This document shows positions 33,325 through 42,353 of a stretch of DNA of 56,482 bases, piece by piece. The stretch is from an uncultured Actinomycetes bacterium (GTDB lineage Bacteria; Actinomycetota; Acidimicrobiia; IMCC26256; PALSA-555): NCBI GenBank assembly GCA_937927875.1, contig CALEYV010000034.1, positions 1-56,482 of the forward strand. The letters run 5' to 3'. Each line of letters opens with the position of its first letter. The first letter of the stretch is position 1. Below the pieces are notes generated by a model. The model was not told the origin of the DNA and made no database searches. It saw nothing but the letters and a program-made list of their open reading frames with translations. The translations under genes and the position numbers were made by a program.

Positions 33325-34233
33325 ATGAGCACAGCTCGAATCACCTGGAGGCACCGCGCCGTCGGCGCCCTGACCGCGACGATCGCGGGGGTCGCGACCG
33401 CGACGGTGCTGGCCGCTCCGCTCGGGGCGGCCGGTTCCTTAACGGTGGGGGCCAAGAACTTCTCGGGGGCCCAGGCGATCTCCCAGGTGTACGCGCAGGC
33501 GCTGCAGGCCAAGAAGTACAGCGTCTCGTTCAAGGACAACCTCGGCGCCACCGAGATCGTGTACCCGGCGCTGAAGAACGGGGACATCGACGCATATGCC
33601 GACTACCAGGGGACGTTGCTCACCTTCCTGGGCGGCACCCCGACCGGCGACACGAACACCACGTACAAGGCCCTGCAGGCCAAGCTCAACGGGACGGGCA
33701 TCGTCGCCAGCAAGCCCGCACCCGCGGTCGACGTCAATGGCTTCTACGTGACGAGCAAGACGGCCAAGAAGTACAACCTCAGCACCGTGTCGAGCCTGGC
33801 GAAAGTGGCGAACAAGCTGACGTTCGGTGGTCCGCCCGAGTGCCAGAGTCGTCCGCTCTGCCTCGGGTCCACCTCTCAGCAGCTCTACAACCTGCAGTTC
33901 AAGACCGTGAAGAAGCTTGACCCGGGTGGGCCGATCACGGTGCAGGCCCTCGAGAATGGCGACATCGACGTCGGGCTCCTGTTCACGGGCAGCAGCGTGA
34001 TCCCGAAGGACGCCGTGCTGCTCCGGGACGACAAGGGTCTGCAGCCGGCCGACAACCCGGTCTTCCTGCTGCGCAAGGACAAGGCCACGCCGGCCACGTT
34101 GGCGATCGTGAACGCGGTGTCGGCCAAGCTCACGACCGCGGCGTACAACAAGATGTCGCTCGACATCGAGAACAACAAGCTCGACCCAGCCGTGGTCGCG
34201 AAGGCGTTCCTCAAGAAGAACAAGCTCGCGTAA
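33325..34233 (+). CDS. Glycine betaine/osmoprotectant ABC transporter substrate-binding protein
   Basis: ATG 33325 preceded by GGGAGGA. Signal peptide MSTARITWRHRAVGALTATIAGVATATVLAAPLGAAG. VGAKNFSGAQAISQVYAQAL...ALKNGDIDAYADYQGT is typical of the OpuAC fold. Confidence 0.85.
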   Translation: MSTARITWRHRAVGALTATIAGVATATVLAAPLGAAGSLTVGAKNFSGAQAISQVYAQALQAKKYSVSFKDNLGATEIVYPALKNGDIDAYADYQGTLLTFLGGTPTGDTNTTYKALQAKLNGTGIVASKPAPAVDVNGFYVTSKTAKKYNLSTVSSLAKVANKLTFGGPPECQSRPLCLGSTSQQLYNLQFKTVKKLDPGGPITVQALENGDIDVGLLFTGSSVIPKDAVLLRDDKGLQPADNPVFLLRKDKATPATLAIVNAVSAKLTTAAYNKMSLDIENNKLDPAVVAKAFLKKNKLA

Positions 34234-34283
34234 CGCGCCCGCCCCTGACCAGGGCTCCGAGGACCTGCGACGAGGTCGTCGCG

Positions 34284-34646
34284 CTACGGCAGCGCGCGTC
34301 TCGCGTCGTCGTAGCCCTCCACCACGTCCGACCACTCGGTGAAGCCGGGGTCGCGCCAGGTCGGATGATCACACGACGTTCCGAGGTCGTGCACGTAGAG
34401 GTGCAGCGTGGGGGCGTCCTCCGCCAGCTCGAGCAGCTCGCGCGCCCGCGCGTACGGCGGGGCGGCGCCGAGGAGATCGACGAGCGCGACGCAGGCCACG
34501 ACCCGGGCCCGGCAGGTCGGGCAGGCCGACACGGTGACGGTGTCGAAGTCGTCGGTGAGCGCCAGCAGGGCGGCGGCGTCGTCGGTGTCGAGGACCAGCT
34601 CCTCGCCGTCCTCGTCGAGGATCGACAGCTCCCGGCTCCGGCTCAC
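34284..34646 (-). CDS. Small acidic hypothetical protein with CxxC
   Basis: GTG start, 120 aa, Asp/Glu-rich, contains SACPTCRARVVAC. No family recognised. Confidence 0.45.
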   Translation of the reverse strand: MSRSRELSILDEDGEELVLDTDDAAALLALTDDFDTVTVSACPTCRARVVACVALVDLLGAAPPYARARELLELAEDAPTLHLYVHDLGTSCDHPTWRDPGFTEWSDVVEGYDDARRALP

Positions 34647-34699
34647 GATCGGACGGTACCGCCGCCGGTGCGGGGCTCCGGTTCCCTACGCTCCAGGCC

Positions 34700-35656
34700 G
34701 TGCATGCGGTGACGCTGGTCGACGGCGACCTGCGGTGGCTCGAGCATCCGGACCCGGTGCCGGGCGACCAGGAGCTCCTCATCGAGGTCCGCGCGGCCGG
34801 CATCAACGCCGCCGACCTGCTCCAGCGCCAGGGCTTCTACCCCGCGCCGCCGGGCTCGCCGGCCGACATCCCCGGCATGGAGCTCGCGGGCGAGGTGCGC
34901 GCGGTCGGGATCGACTGCACCCAGTTTCGGCCCGGGGACCGCGTCATGGCCGTGGTCGGCGGTGGCGCGCAGGCCGAGCGGGCCGTCGTGCACGAGCGCG
35001 TCGCGCTCGCCGTGCCCGACGGCGTCTCGTGGCCCGAGGCCGGCGGCTTCCCCGAGGTGTTCACCACCGCGCACGACGCCCTGTTCAGCCAGTGCGGCCT
35101 CACCGCCAGTGAGCGGGTCCTCGTCCACGGCGCCGCGGGCGGCGTCGGGCTGGCGGGCATGCAGCTGGCCGCTCGCGCCGGGGCGCGCGTCGTCGCCAGC
35201 GTCCGGAACGAGGCCCGGCGAGCGGAGGTCGCGGATCTCGGGGCGGCCGCCGGCGCGGTCACCGTGATCGCGCCCGAGGCCGCGGTGGCGCATGGCCCCT
35301 ACGACGTCGTCCTCGAGGTCATCGGCGGCCCGAACCTGCCCGACGACCTCGACGCGCTGGCGATCGGCGGGCGCATCGCGGTGATCGGCGTCGGTGCCGG
35401 TGGCCGCGCGGACGTCAACCTCCTCACGCTCATGCAACGGCGCGGGCGCGTCCACGGCTCGACGCTGCGGGCTCGCCCGCTCGAGCAGAAGGCGACCGCG
35501 GCGCAGCTCGTCGCCCGCCAGGTGCTGCCCCAGCTGGCGGCCGGCGAGCTGCGGGTGCCGATCCACGCCAGCGTCCCGATGCCGGAGGCGACGGCGGCGT
35601 ACGAGAAGTTCGCCGCCGGCGGCAAGCTCGGCAAGGTCGTGCTCGTCGCGCCCTGA
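34700..35656 (+). CDS. NAD(P)H:quinone oxidoreductase (zeta-crystallin/Qor-like MDR)
   Basis: LIEVRAAGINAADLLQRQGFYPAPPG, PGMELAGEV, VHGAAGGVGLAGMQLA. Confidence 0.85.
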   Translation: MHAVTLVDGDLRWLEHPDPVPGDQELLIEVRAAGINAADLLQRQGFYPAPPGSPADIPGMELAGEVRAVGIDCTQFRPGDRVMAVVGGGAQAERAVVHERVALAVPDGVSWPEAGGFPEVFTTAHDALFSQCGLTASERVLVHGAAGGVGLAGMQLAARAGARVVASVRNEARRAEVADLGAAAGAVTVIAPEAAVAHGPYDVVLEVIGGPNLPDDLDALAIGGRIAVIGVGAGGRADVNLLTLMQRRGRVHGSTLRARPLEQKATAAQLVARQVLPQLAAGELRVPIHASVPMPEATAAYEKFAAGGKLGKVVLVAP

Positions 35657-35659
35657 GGG

Positions 35660-36298
35660 TCAGTTCATGATCAGCACGTTGACCCGGGGCGGGGAGTTCG
35701 CGGCGTCGGTCGTGAACGGCCGCCGCGAATCGAGCCCGATGATCCACACCAGCACCGGGTCGAGCGGGTTCGGGTCCGGCTGCGGGAACGTGTGCAGCAG
35801 CTCGACGATCAGCGTGTGGTGCATGGTCTGCGGGAAGGTCAGCCGCAGGTTCCCCTTGTAGGTCTGCGACGCGTTCGTCGGGTTCCGCAGGTCGGTCTCG
35901 GAAGCGGGCCGCATCACCACCTCGAGGAACGCGTGGACGCCGGGCAGCGACTCGGCGGCCGCGGTCAGGTTGGGCGCGAACGGCGGCTTCGCGTAGAACA
36001 CCGTGTAGCTCGGCGGGAGGTCGCCGTCGTTGCCGGGCTGGAAGGTGAAGCTGATCTTGTCGTAGCAGACGGTCGGCCGGGCGTTGGCGTCGATGAGGGC
36101 GACCGGCATCGTGATGACCGGGACCGTCGCCCGCTTGTCCTGGCCGGCGACGATGAACTGACACCCGGGGTCGCTGCTCGAGCCCCCGCCGCTGCTGGAA
36201 CGGTGCGACGACGAGGACCCGCCACCGCCCGAGCAGGACGCCGCGAGCAGCACTGCCACGACGAAGATCCCGACGAAGCGCACGCGCCGACGGCCCAC
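35660..36298 (-). CDS. Putative lipoprotein (unknown function)
   Basis: Signal peptide with Cys: (V)GRRRVRFVGIFVVAVLLAASCSGGGGSSSS. The start is ambiguous (GTG at 36298, 36283 or 36340). Confidence 0.6.
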   Translation of the reverse strand: MGRRRVRFVGIFVVAVLLAASCSGGGGSSSSHRSSSGGGSSSDPGCQFIVAGQDKRATVPVITMPVALIDANARPTVCYDKISFTFQPGNDGDLPPSYTVFYAKPPFAPNLTAAAESLPGVHAFLEVVMRPASETDLRNPTNASQTYKGNLRLTFPQTMHHTLIVELLHTFPQPDPNPLDPVLVWIIGLDSRRPFTTDAANSPPRVNVLIMN

Positions 36299-36320
36299 CG
36301 CGGCGAGCGTAGGGCCCCGG

Positions 36321-36326
36321 TACGAT
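36321..36326 (+). promoter_or_regulatory. -10-like hexamer TACGAT, 7 nt upstream of ATG 36334 (candidate leaderless promoter)
   Basis: Same 11-mer CCGGTACGATC and same spacing to the ATG as at 17169-17186. Confidence 0.35.
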
Positions 36327-36333
36327 CGGACCC

Positions 36334-37518
36334 ATGGCACGCGATGACCACGACGTCACAATCGTTGAAGCGGTCCGCACCCCGCTCGGTCGCCGCAACG
36401 GCGGCCTCGCCGGTGTGCACCCGGCCGAGCTGCTCGGCGCGGTGCAGCGAGCCGCGATCGAGCGGTCCGGCATCGACCCGGCGCGAGTCGGGCAGGTCGT
36501 CGCCGGCTGCGTCTCCCAGACCGGCGAGCAGACGTTCAACATCGCTCGGACTGCGTGGCTCACCGCCGGCCTGCCGATCGAGGTCGCGGCCACCACCGTC
36601 GACTCGCAGTGCGGCTCGTCGCAGCAGGCGACGAACCTGGCCGCGGCGCTCGTCAAGGCTGGCGTCGTCGACGTGGCACTGGCGTGCGGAGTCGAGTCGA
36701 TGAGCCGAGTGCCGCTCGGCGTCGCGGTGTCCCAGGGCCCGGGGCGACCGCTGCCGAAGCGCTACTTCGAGCAGTTCGAGTACGCGACCCAGTTCGAGGG
36801 CGCGGAGCGGATCGCCGACAAGTGGGGCATCACCCGCGAGGACTGTGACCGGTTCGGTCTGCAGTCCCAGCAGCGTGCCCAGGCGGCCTGGGCCGAGGGA
36901 CGGTTCGAGCGCGAGGTGCTCCCGATCGACGCCCCCGACCTCGAGGATGGCGAGCCGACCGGCACCACCCACCGGGTCGAGCGCGACGAGGGCCTGCGGG
37001 AGACGTCGCTCGAGGCGCTGGCGGCGCTGAAGCCGGTCGCCCGAGAGGACGGCGTGCACACCGCCGGCTCCTCGTCGCAGATCACCGACGGCGCGGCGGC
37101 AGTGCTGCTCGCCTCGTCAGCGGCCGCCGACGAGCTGGGCCTGCAGACGCGCGCCCGCATCGTCGACCAGTGCCTGGTCGGTGTCGACCCGGTCCTGATG
37201 CTGACCGGCCCGATCGACGCCACCCACCGCATGCTCGATCGCACCGGCCTGTCGATGGGTGACTTCGACACCGTCGAGATCAACGAGGCGTTCGCGTCGG
37301 TGGTCCTGGCCTGGGAACGCGAATTGCACCCCGACGACGCGCACGTCAACCCCAACGGCGGTGCCATCGCGCTCGGCCACCCGGTCGGCGCGACGGGCGC
37401 CCGTCTCGTCACGACCGCGCTGCACGAGCTCGAGCGGATCGACGGCCAGTACGGGCTCGTGACCATGTGCTGCGGCGGCGGGCTGGGCACCGGCACCGTC
37501 GTCGAGCGGCTCCCGTAG
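36334..37518 (+). CDS. Acetyl-CoA C-acyltransferase (thiolase)
   Basis: VEAVRTPLGRRNG, DSQCGSSQQA (nucleophile Cys), INEAFA, GHPVGATGARL, MCCGGGLG. Confidence 0.9.
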   Translation: MARDDHDVTIVEAVRTPLGRRNGGLAGVHPAELLGAVQRAAIERSGIDPARVGQVVAGCVSQTGEQTFNIARTAWLTAGLPIEVAATTVDSQCGSSQQATNLAAALVKAGVVDVALACGVESMSRVPLGVAVSQGPGRPLPKRYFEQFEYATQFEGAERIADKWGITREDCDRFGLQSQQRAQAAWAEGRFEREVLPIDAPDLEDGEPTGTTHRVERDEGLRETSLEALAALKPVAREDGVHTAGSSSQITDGAAAVLLASSAAADELGLQTRARIVDQCLVGVDPVLMLTGPIDATHRMLDRTGLSMGDFDTVEINEAFASVVLAWERELHPDDAHVNPNGGAIALGHPVGATGARLVTTALHELERIDGQYGLVTMCCGGGLGTGTVVERLP

Positions 37519-37528
37519 CCTTGCGGGC

Positions 37529-38377
37529 GTGAGCGTCGCCCAGCGAGCCCCGCTGACCGAGCGGCTCGGCTTCGCGCCCGACGCCCGGCTCGTCATCATC
37601 AACTGCGACGACCTCGGCTCGTCGCGCTCGGCGAACGTGGGCGTCTACGACGCCCTGCGCAACGGTCTCGCCACGAGCGCGTCGCTGATGGTCCCCTGCC
37701 CCTGGGCTCGGGACGCGGCGGCGCAGTACCGGGGCGAGGACGTCGGCGTGCACCTCACGCTGAACGCCGAGTTCGAGACCTACCGCTGGGCACCCATCAC
37801 GTCCTGCCCCAGCCTGCTCGACGGCGACGGCGGGTTCCCGCGCACGATGGAGGACACCTGGGAGCACGCCGATCTCGACGAGGTGCGCCGGGAGCTCCAG
37901 GCCCAGATCGAGCGGGCCATCCTCTGGGGCTTCGACATCAGCCACCTCGACAGCCACATGGGCACCCTGCAGATGCGGGCCGACTTCTACGGCGTCTACC
38001 TGGAGCTGGCGATGGACTTCGACCTGCCGCTGCGCATGGGGCCGGCCGGCGGCGAGCGCGTCGTCGGGTTCCCGTACCGGGACCTCGCGACGGCGGAGGG
38101 GGTCGTGTACCCCGACCACTTCCTGCTCTACACCGGGGTCGGCGCCCGCAAGCACATCGAGCGGGCCCTGTTCGACCTCCGGCCCGGCGTCACCGAGGTG
38201 TACCTGCACCCGGCGGTGGACACCGACGAGCTCCGGGCTTCGTACCCGGACTGGGCGGGCCGGGTCGAGGACCACGCGTTCCTGTGCGAGGACCCGTCGC
38301 TGCCCGACCTCGTTGAGCGGACCGGGGCGACGCTGATCGGCTACCGCGAGCTGCGCGAACTCCAGCGCGCCGCGTAG
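37529..38377 (+). CDS. ChbG/HpnK (YdjC-like) carbohydrate deacetylase family protein
   Basis: GTG start. LVIINCDDLG, GVHLTLN, ISHLDSHMG. Confidence 0.75.
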   Translation: MSVAQRAPLTERLGFAPDARLVIINCDDLGSSRSANVGVYDALRNGLATSASLMVPCPWARDAAAQYRGEDVGVHLTLNAEFETYRWAPITSCPSLLDGDGGFPRTMEDTWEHADLDEVRRELQAQIERAILWGFDISHLDSHMGTLQMRADFYGVYLELAMDFDLPLRMGPAGGERVVGFPYRDLATAEGVVYPDHFLLYTGVGARKHIERALFDLRPGVTEVYLHPAVDTDELRASYPDWAGRVEDHAFLCEDPSLPDLVERTGATLIGYRELRELQRAA

Positions 38378-38389
38378 CGCGCCGACGCG

Positions 38390-38776
38390 TCAGTAGGTGG
38401 TGATCGCCCGCACCTTGTCCTGCAGCGCCTTGTACTCGGGCGACATGGTGAGCGGCATCAGCTGCATGAGCTTGCCCATGTTGCCGGTGACCTTCGTCTT
38501 GCCCTGCATGAAGGCGGCGTTCGCGTCGAGGTCGCCCTTCTGGATGGCCACCGAGTCGTCGTAGGTCGTCGTCAGCGTGACCTCGGCGTCGGGCAGCTCC
38601 CCGACCGCCGCCTCGGCGAGCAGGCCGTTCTCGAGCTTCCAGTAGTACTTGACGTCGCCCTCGGGCCCGCCGGTCACGACGAACTGCATGGTCGCGCTCG
38701 CGCCGGGCCGCTCGGGCTGGTCCTGGGCCAGCGCCCGTGCCTCGTCCAGCCATGCCTGCGTCAGGTACTTCGGCAC
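38390..38776 (-). CDS. SCP2 sterol-binding domain protein
   Basis: GTG 38776 preceded by GGGAGGGA, inside track ORF 38390..39601. LTQAWLDEA...DANAAFMQGKTKVTGNMGKLMQL. Confidence 0.75.
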   Translation of the reverse strand: MPKYLTQAWLDEARALAQDQPERPGASATMQFVVTGGPEGDVKYYWKLENGLLAEAAVGELPDAEVTLTTTYDDSVAIQKGDLDANAAFMQGKTKVTGNMGKLMQLMPLTMSPEYKALQDKVRAITTY

Positions 38777-38790
38777 CGCTCCCTCCCTGC

Positions 38791-39720
38791 TCAGGGGCGA
38801 CGGAGTGTATCGACGCGCGCCGTCGAGCGCTCCGGGTCGCGCAGCCCCGCGAAGAGGTCGTCCTCGGTGTCGCCGGGCGCGGGCTCGCCGACCAGGGAGC
38901 GCGCGAGCTGGTACTCGTCCCACGGGAAGACGTCGCGGATCACGTCGTCGGGCAGGCGCATCCAGAAGCCGTCCGGGTCGACCTGAGTCTGGTGCGCGAG
39001 GAGCGCCTCCCGCCGGCGGTGCAGCCACGGTCCCACGTCGACGAAGGTCGTGAAGCGCTGCTCGCCCCCCTCCGGCAGGCCCCGCTCGAACCAGCGCTCG
39101 AACGGGCTCTCCTCGCCGCGGCGCAGGTATGCGGCGTGCAGCGCCTCCACCCGCCGGCGCGAGAAGCCCGTGTAGTACAGCTTCGAGGGCTGCCAGGGCG
39201 GCCCGGCGTCCGGGTACCGGTCGGCCCGGCCGGCGGCCTCGAACGCGGGTAGCGAGATCTCGTGCACCCGGATGTGGTCGGGGTGGGGGTAGAACTTTCG
39301 GTCGTCGGCGTAGGTGACGATCACCTGCGGTCGCTCGGCCCGGATCACCCGCACCAGTCGCCCGATCGCCTCGTCGAGGTCGGCGTTGGCGAAGTTGTCG
39401 GACCGCGCGTTGGTCTCGGTGTCGGGCATCCCCGAGTCGTGGTAGCCGAGCAGGTGCAGCGCGTCGTAGCCGATGGCGGCGACGCTGGCCTCGAGCTCCT
39501 CGATGCGCACCGCGGCCAGCCGCGATCGCACCTCCGGCGTGTCGACGCTGGGGTTGAGGATGTCGCCCGCCTCCCCGCCGGTGCAGCACACGAGCACGCA
39601 CCAGACACCTTCGTCGTGGTAGCGCGCGACCGTCGCGGCGCCCTTCGACGCCTCGTCGTCGGGGTGGGCGTGGACGCTCAAGAGCGCGAGGCGATCACCG
39701 TTGCGATCCGTGGGGGTCAT
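38791..39720 (-). CDS. mca: Mycothiol S-conjugate amidase (PIG-L/LmbE family)
   Basis: LLSVHAHPDDEASKGAATVARYHDEGVWCVLVCCTGGEAGDILNP...YHDSGM...PHPDHIRVH. An Mca-versus-MshB distinction by eye favours Mca. GTG 39726 is an alternative start. Confidence 0.75.
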   Translation of the reverse strand: MTPTDRNGDRLALLSVHAHPDDEASKGAATVARYHDEGVWCVLVCCTGGEAGDILNPSVDTPEVRSRLAAVRIEELEASVAAIGYDALHLLGYHDSGMPDTETNARSDNFANADLDEAIGRLVRVIRAERPQVIVTYADDRKFYPHPDHIRVHEISLPAFEAAGRADRYPDAGPPWQPSKLYYTGFSRRRVEALHAAYLRRGEESPFERWFERGLPEGGEQRFTTFVDVGPWLHRRREALLAHQTQVDPDGFWMRLPDDVIRDVFPWDEYQLARSLVGEPAPGDTEDDLFAGLRDPERSTARVDTLRRP

Positions 39721-39783
39721 CGGCACCCGACGGTACCGGACCCGCGGCTGGGTTGCGGCAAGCGATGGATAGTGTCCGGTCTC

Positions 39784-41271
39784 ATGTCACGACGCCCGGC
39801 GGTCGCGCTGGGCGCGGTCGTGGTCGTCCTGGCGCTGCTGGCCTCGACGATGGTCGCGGGCGCGCTGGGGACCGGGGGATCGCTGCCGTGGCACGGGTGC
39901 GGCGGCGGGTTCCAGTGCGCGACGCTCTCGGTGCCGGTCGACTGGAACCAGCCCGGAGGCGAGCAGGTCGCGCTGGCGATCAGCCGCCACCCGGCGTCGG
40001 ACCCCAAGCACCGGCTCGGCACGCTGGTTGTGAACTTCGGCGGCCCCGGCGACCCCGGCGCCGAGACCTTGCGCATGGGTGGCCTCACCGGCTTTCCGGC
40101 CGAGATCCGGGCCCGGTTCGACGTCGTGAGCTTCGACCCCCGCGGGACCGGGCAGTCCCGTCCCATCGCCTGCGTCGACGACCACACCTATGACGAGTTC
40201 CTCGCTGAGGACCCGACGCCCGACACGGCGCAGCAGTTCGAGAGCTTCTACGCCGGCACGAACGGGCCGGTCGACCTGGTCGCGGCCTGCCTCTCCCGGC
40301 AGGGCCAGTGGCTCGGGCAGGTCGGCACCCGCAACACCGCCCGCGACCTCGAGGCCCTCCGCGCCGCCCTCGGCACGCCGAAGCTCACGTTCCTCGGCTA
40401 CTCGTATGGGACCGTCCTCGGCGCCATCTACGCCCAGCTCTACCCGAACCGGGTGGGCCCGATGGTGCTCGACGGGGCCGTCAACCTGTCGGACACGGCC
40501 GCCAGCGAGCTGCAGGCGAACGCGGTCGGGTTCGAGCAGGCCCTCGACGCGTTCCTCAACGACTGCGCGACCCGCAAGAGCTGCGCCTACAACCACGGCG
40601 GCGACCCGCGCGTGGCGCTCGCCACGCTGCAGCAGCGCTTCGAGAGCGGCTATCGGGTGCCGGTCGCGGACGGCCGGCAGGCCGGCGCCACGCTCTTCTA
40701 CCTGGCCCTGGCGGCCGCCCTCTACGACCGTGCCAACTGGCCCTATCTGGCTCGAGCGCTCGCCGACGCGGAGCGCGGCCGGGGCGACCTCCTGGCCAGC
40801 TTCGCCGACTCGATCACCGGCCGCGGCGCGGACGGCCACTTCGACCATCTCCAGGAGGCGCTGAACGCCATCCGCTGCGACGACCGCCCCGACGCCCTCG
40901 TCTCGTTCGATGCCTACCGGACGCAGTACACGCAGTACTCGCAGCAGTTCCCGATCTTCGGCGCCTTCCTCGCTGCCTCGCCCATCGGGTGCGACCCCCG
41001 CCTGCCGAGGCCGCCACCGTCCCAGCAGGTCGGCGACGTGCGCGTGACCGGCACCGGGCCGATCCTCATCGTCGGGACGACCGGTGACCCCGCGACCCCG
41101 TACGCGGGCGCGATCGACCTCCAGCAGCGCCTGACCGGCTCGCGGATCCTCACCCTCGTCAGCACCGAGCACGCCGGGTACGCGAAGGGGATCAGCTGCA
41201 TCGACAACGCCGTCGACAACTACCTGCTGCATCGCACGCTGCCGCCGGTCGGGCGGCGGTGCCGCCCCTAG
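39784..41271 (+). CDS. Secreted alpha/beta hydrolase, tripeptidyl-aminopeptidase-like (S33)
   Basis: ATG 39784 inside track ORF 39262..41271. Signal peptide MSRRPAVALGAVVVVLALLAS. FDPRGTGQS, nucleophile elbow LGYSYGT, C-terminal TAP-like region GDPATPY. Confidence 0.8.
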   Translation: MSRRPAVALGAVVVVLALLASTMVAGALGTGGSLPWHGCGGGFQCATLSVPVDWNQPGGEQVALAISRHPASDPKHRLGTLVVNFGGPGDPGAETLRMGGLTGFPAEIRARFDVVSFDPRGTGQSRPIACVDDHTYDEFLAEDPTPDTAQQFESFYAGTNGPVDLVAACLSRQGQWLGQVGTRNTARDLEALRAALGTPKLTFLGYSYGTVLGAIYAQLYPNRVGPMVLDGAVNLSDTAASELQANAVGFEQALDAFLNDCATRKSCAYNHGGDPRVALATLQQRFESGYRVPVADGRQAGATLFYLALAAALYDRANWPYLARALADAERGRGDLLASFADSITGRGADGHFDHLQEALNAIRCDDRPDALVSFDAYRTQYTQYSQQFPIFGAFLAASPIGCDPRLPRPPPSQQVGDVRVTGTGPILIVGTTGDPATPYAGAIDLQQRLTGSRILTLVSTEHAGYAKGISCIDNAVDNYLLHRTLPPVGRRCRP

Positions 41272-41278
41272 TCCGAAC

Positions 41279-42343
41279 TCAGGCCGGGACCGTCGCCGCG
41301 TCGAGGCGGTACACGTCGAGTCGACCGAGGCCGCGCACCCGCCGGCGCGGGAGCCGCCGCAGCCCGAACCGCTCGTCACCGGCGAGCGCGGACGCGACGT
41401 CGGCCGACGCCAGGACCGTGCCCGGCAGCGCCAGCTCGGTGAGCCGGCTGGCGAGGTTCACGACCGGCCCGAAGTAGTCGCCGTCCCGCGAGAGCACGGT
41501 GCCGGTGGCCAGGCCGGCCCGGGCCTCGGGGAGGACCTCGTCACGCCCGGACTCGGCGGTGAGCTGCAGCGCGATCTGGGCCGCGGTCTGGGGCCGGTCG
41601 GCGATGAACATCACCTCGTCGCCGATCGTCTTCACGATCCGGCCCCCGGCCGCGGTGACGGTGTCGTGCGCGACGGTAGTGAACCGATCGACGAGCGCGG
41701 CCAGCTCGGCCTCCTCGAGATTCTCCGCGATCGCGGTGAAGCCGACCAGGTCGACGAACCCGACCGACACTTGGACGGTGCCCGGCGAGCCCGGCTCGGT
41801 GCCGGCCAGCTTGCGCCAGAGGGCGGCGCGTAGCTGCAGCCGGTGCGTGTGGTCGACGAGCCGGCTGATGCGGTCGAAGTCGAGATGCGTGGCGACGAGC
41901 GCGGCGAGATCCTCGTCCGACAGACCCTGCCGGCGGGCTTGGTCGACCGAAAACGCGACGTCGTCGCTCTCGGCGTCCGCGACGCGCGCCAGCGCCGAGC
42001 TCAGCACCCTCGCGTTGGTCAGCGCCCGGTCGAGGCTCCAGTCCGTGAACCACGGCTCCTGCAGCTGCTCCAGGAAGCCCCGGAGCGCCTCGACGTCCCG
42101 GTCGGTGAGCGCAGGCAGGTCATCGGGCAGGTCCGGGAACCCGATCGCCCGCCACACCGCCCGGGCCGTCTCCGGATCGGTGCCGGCGCGCGCCGCCACC
42201 TCGAGCAGCGTGTACTGGCGGGCGCCGGGCATCACGGTCCGGTCGAAGACCAGCAGCGTGAGGTAGCGGTTTCGGGCCGCTTGCTCGATCTCAGTCGAGC
42301 TGGCGCCGCGACGACGCAGGTACCGGGCCAGGGACCGGTTCAC
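41279..42343 (-). CDS. Class III adenylate/guanylate cyclase domain protein
   Basis: GTG start. VSVGFVDLVGFT (metal Asp), RIVKTIGDEVMF and GPVVNLASRL, preceded by a ~180-aa helical N-domain. Confidence 0.8.
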   Translation of the reverse strand: MNRSLARYLRRRGASSTEIEQAARNRYLTLLVFDRTVMPGARQYTLLEVAARAGTDPETARAVWRAIGFPDLPDDLPALTDRDVEALRGFLEQLQEPWFTDWSLDRALTNARVLSSALARVADAESDDVAFSVDQARRQGLSDEDLAALVATHLDFDRISRLVDHTHRLQLRAALWRKLAGTEPGSPGTVQVSVGFVDLVGFTAIAENLEEAELAALVDRFTTVAHDTVTAAGGRIVKTIGDEVMFIADRPQTAAQIALQLTAESGRDEVLPEARAGLATGTVLSRDGDYFGPVVNLASRLTELALPGTVLASADVASALAGDERFGLRRLPRRRVRGLGRLDVYRLDAATVPA

Positions 42344-42353
42344 GAGGCGGCCG

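Noticed and set aside
30728-33328. 866-aa (+) and 683-aa (-, 31167..33218) ORFs across the Opu transporter locus
   Set aside because: Both are Arg/Pro/Gly-rich. They conflict with the ATPase and two permease genes, which carry Walker and EAA-loop motifs.
33325-34233. Lys/Asn-rich substrate-binding gene considered as horizontally acquired low-GC DNA
   Set aside because: Third-codon positions remain G/C-rich (AAG, AAC). The apparent compositional shift reflects amino-acid content, not foreign origin.
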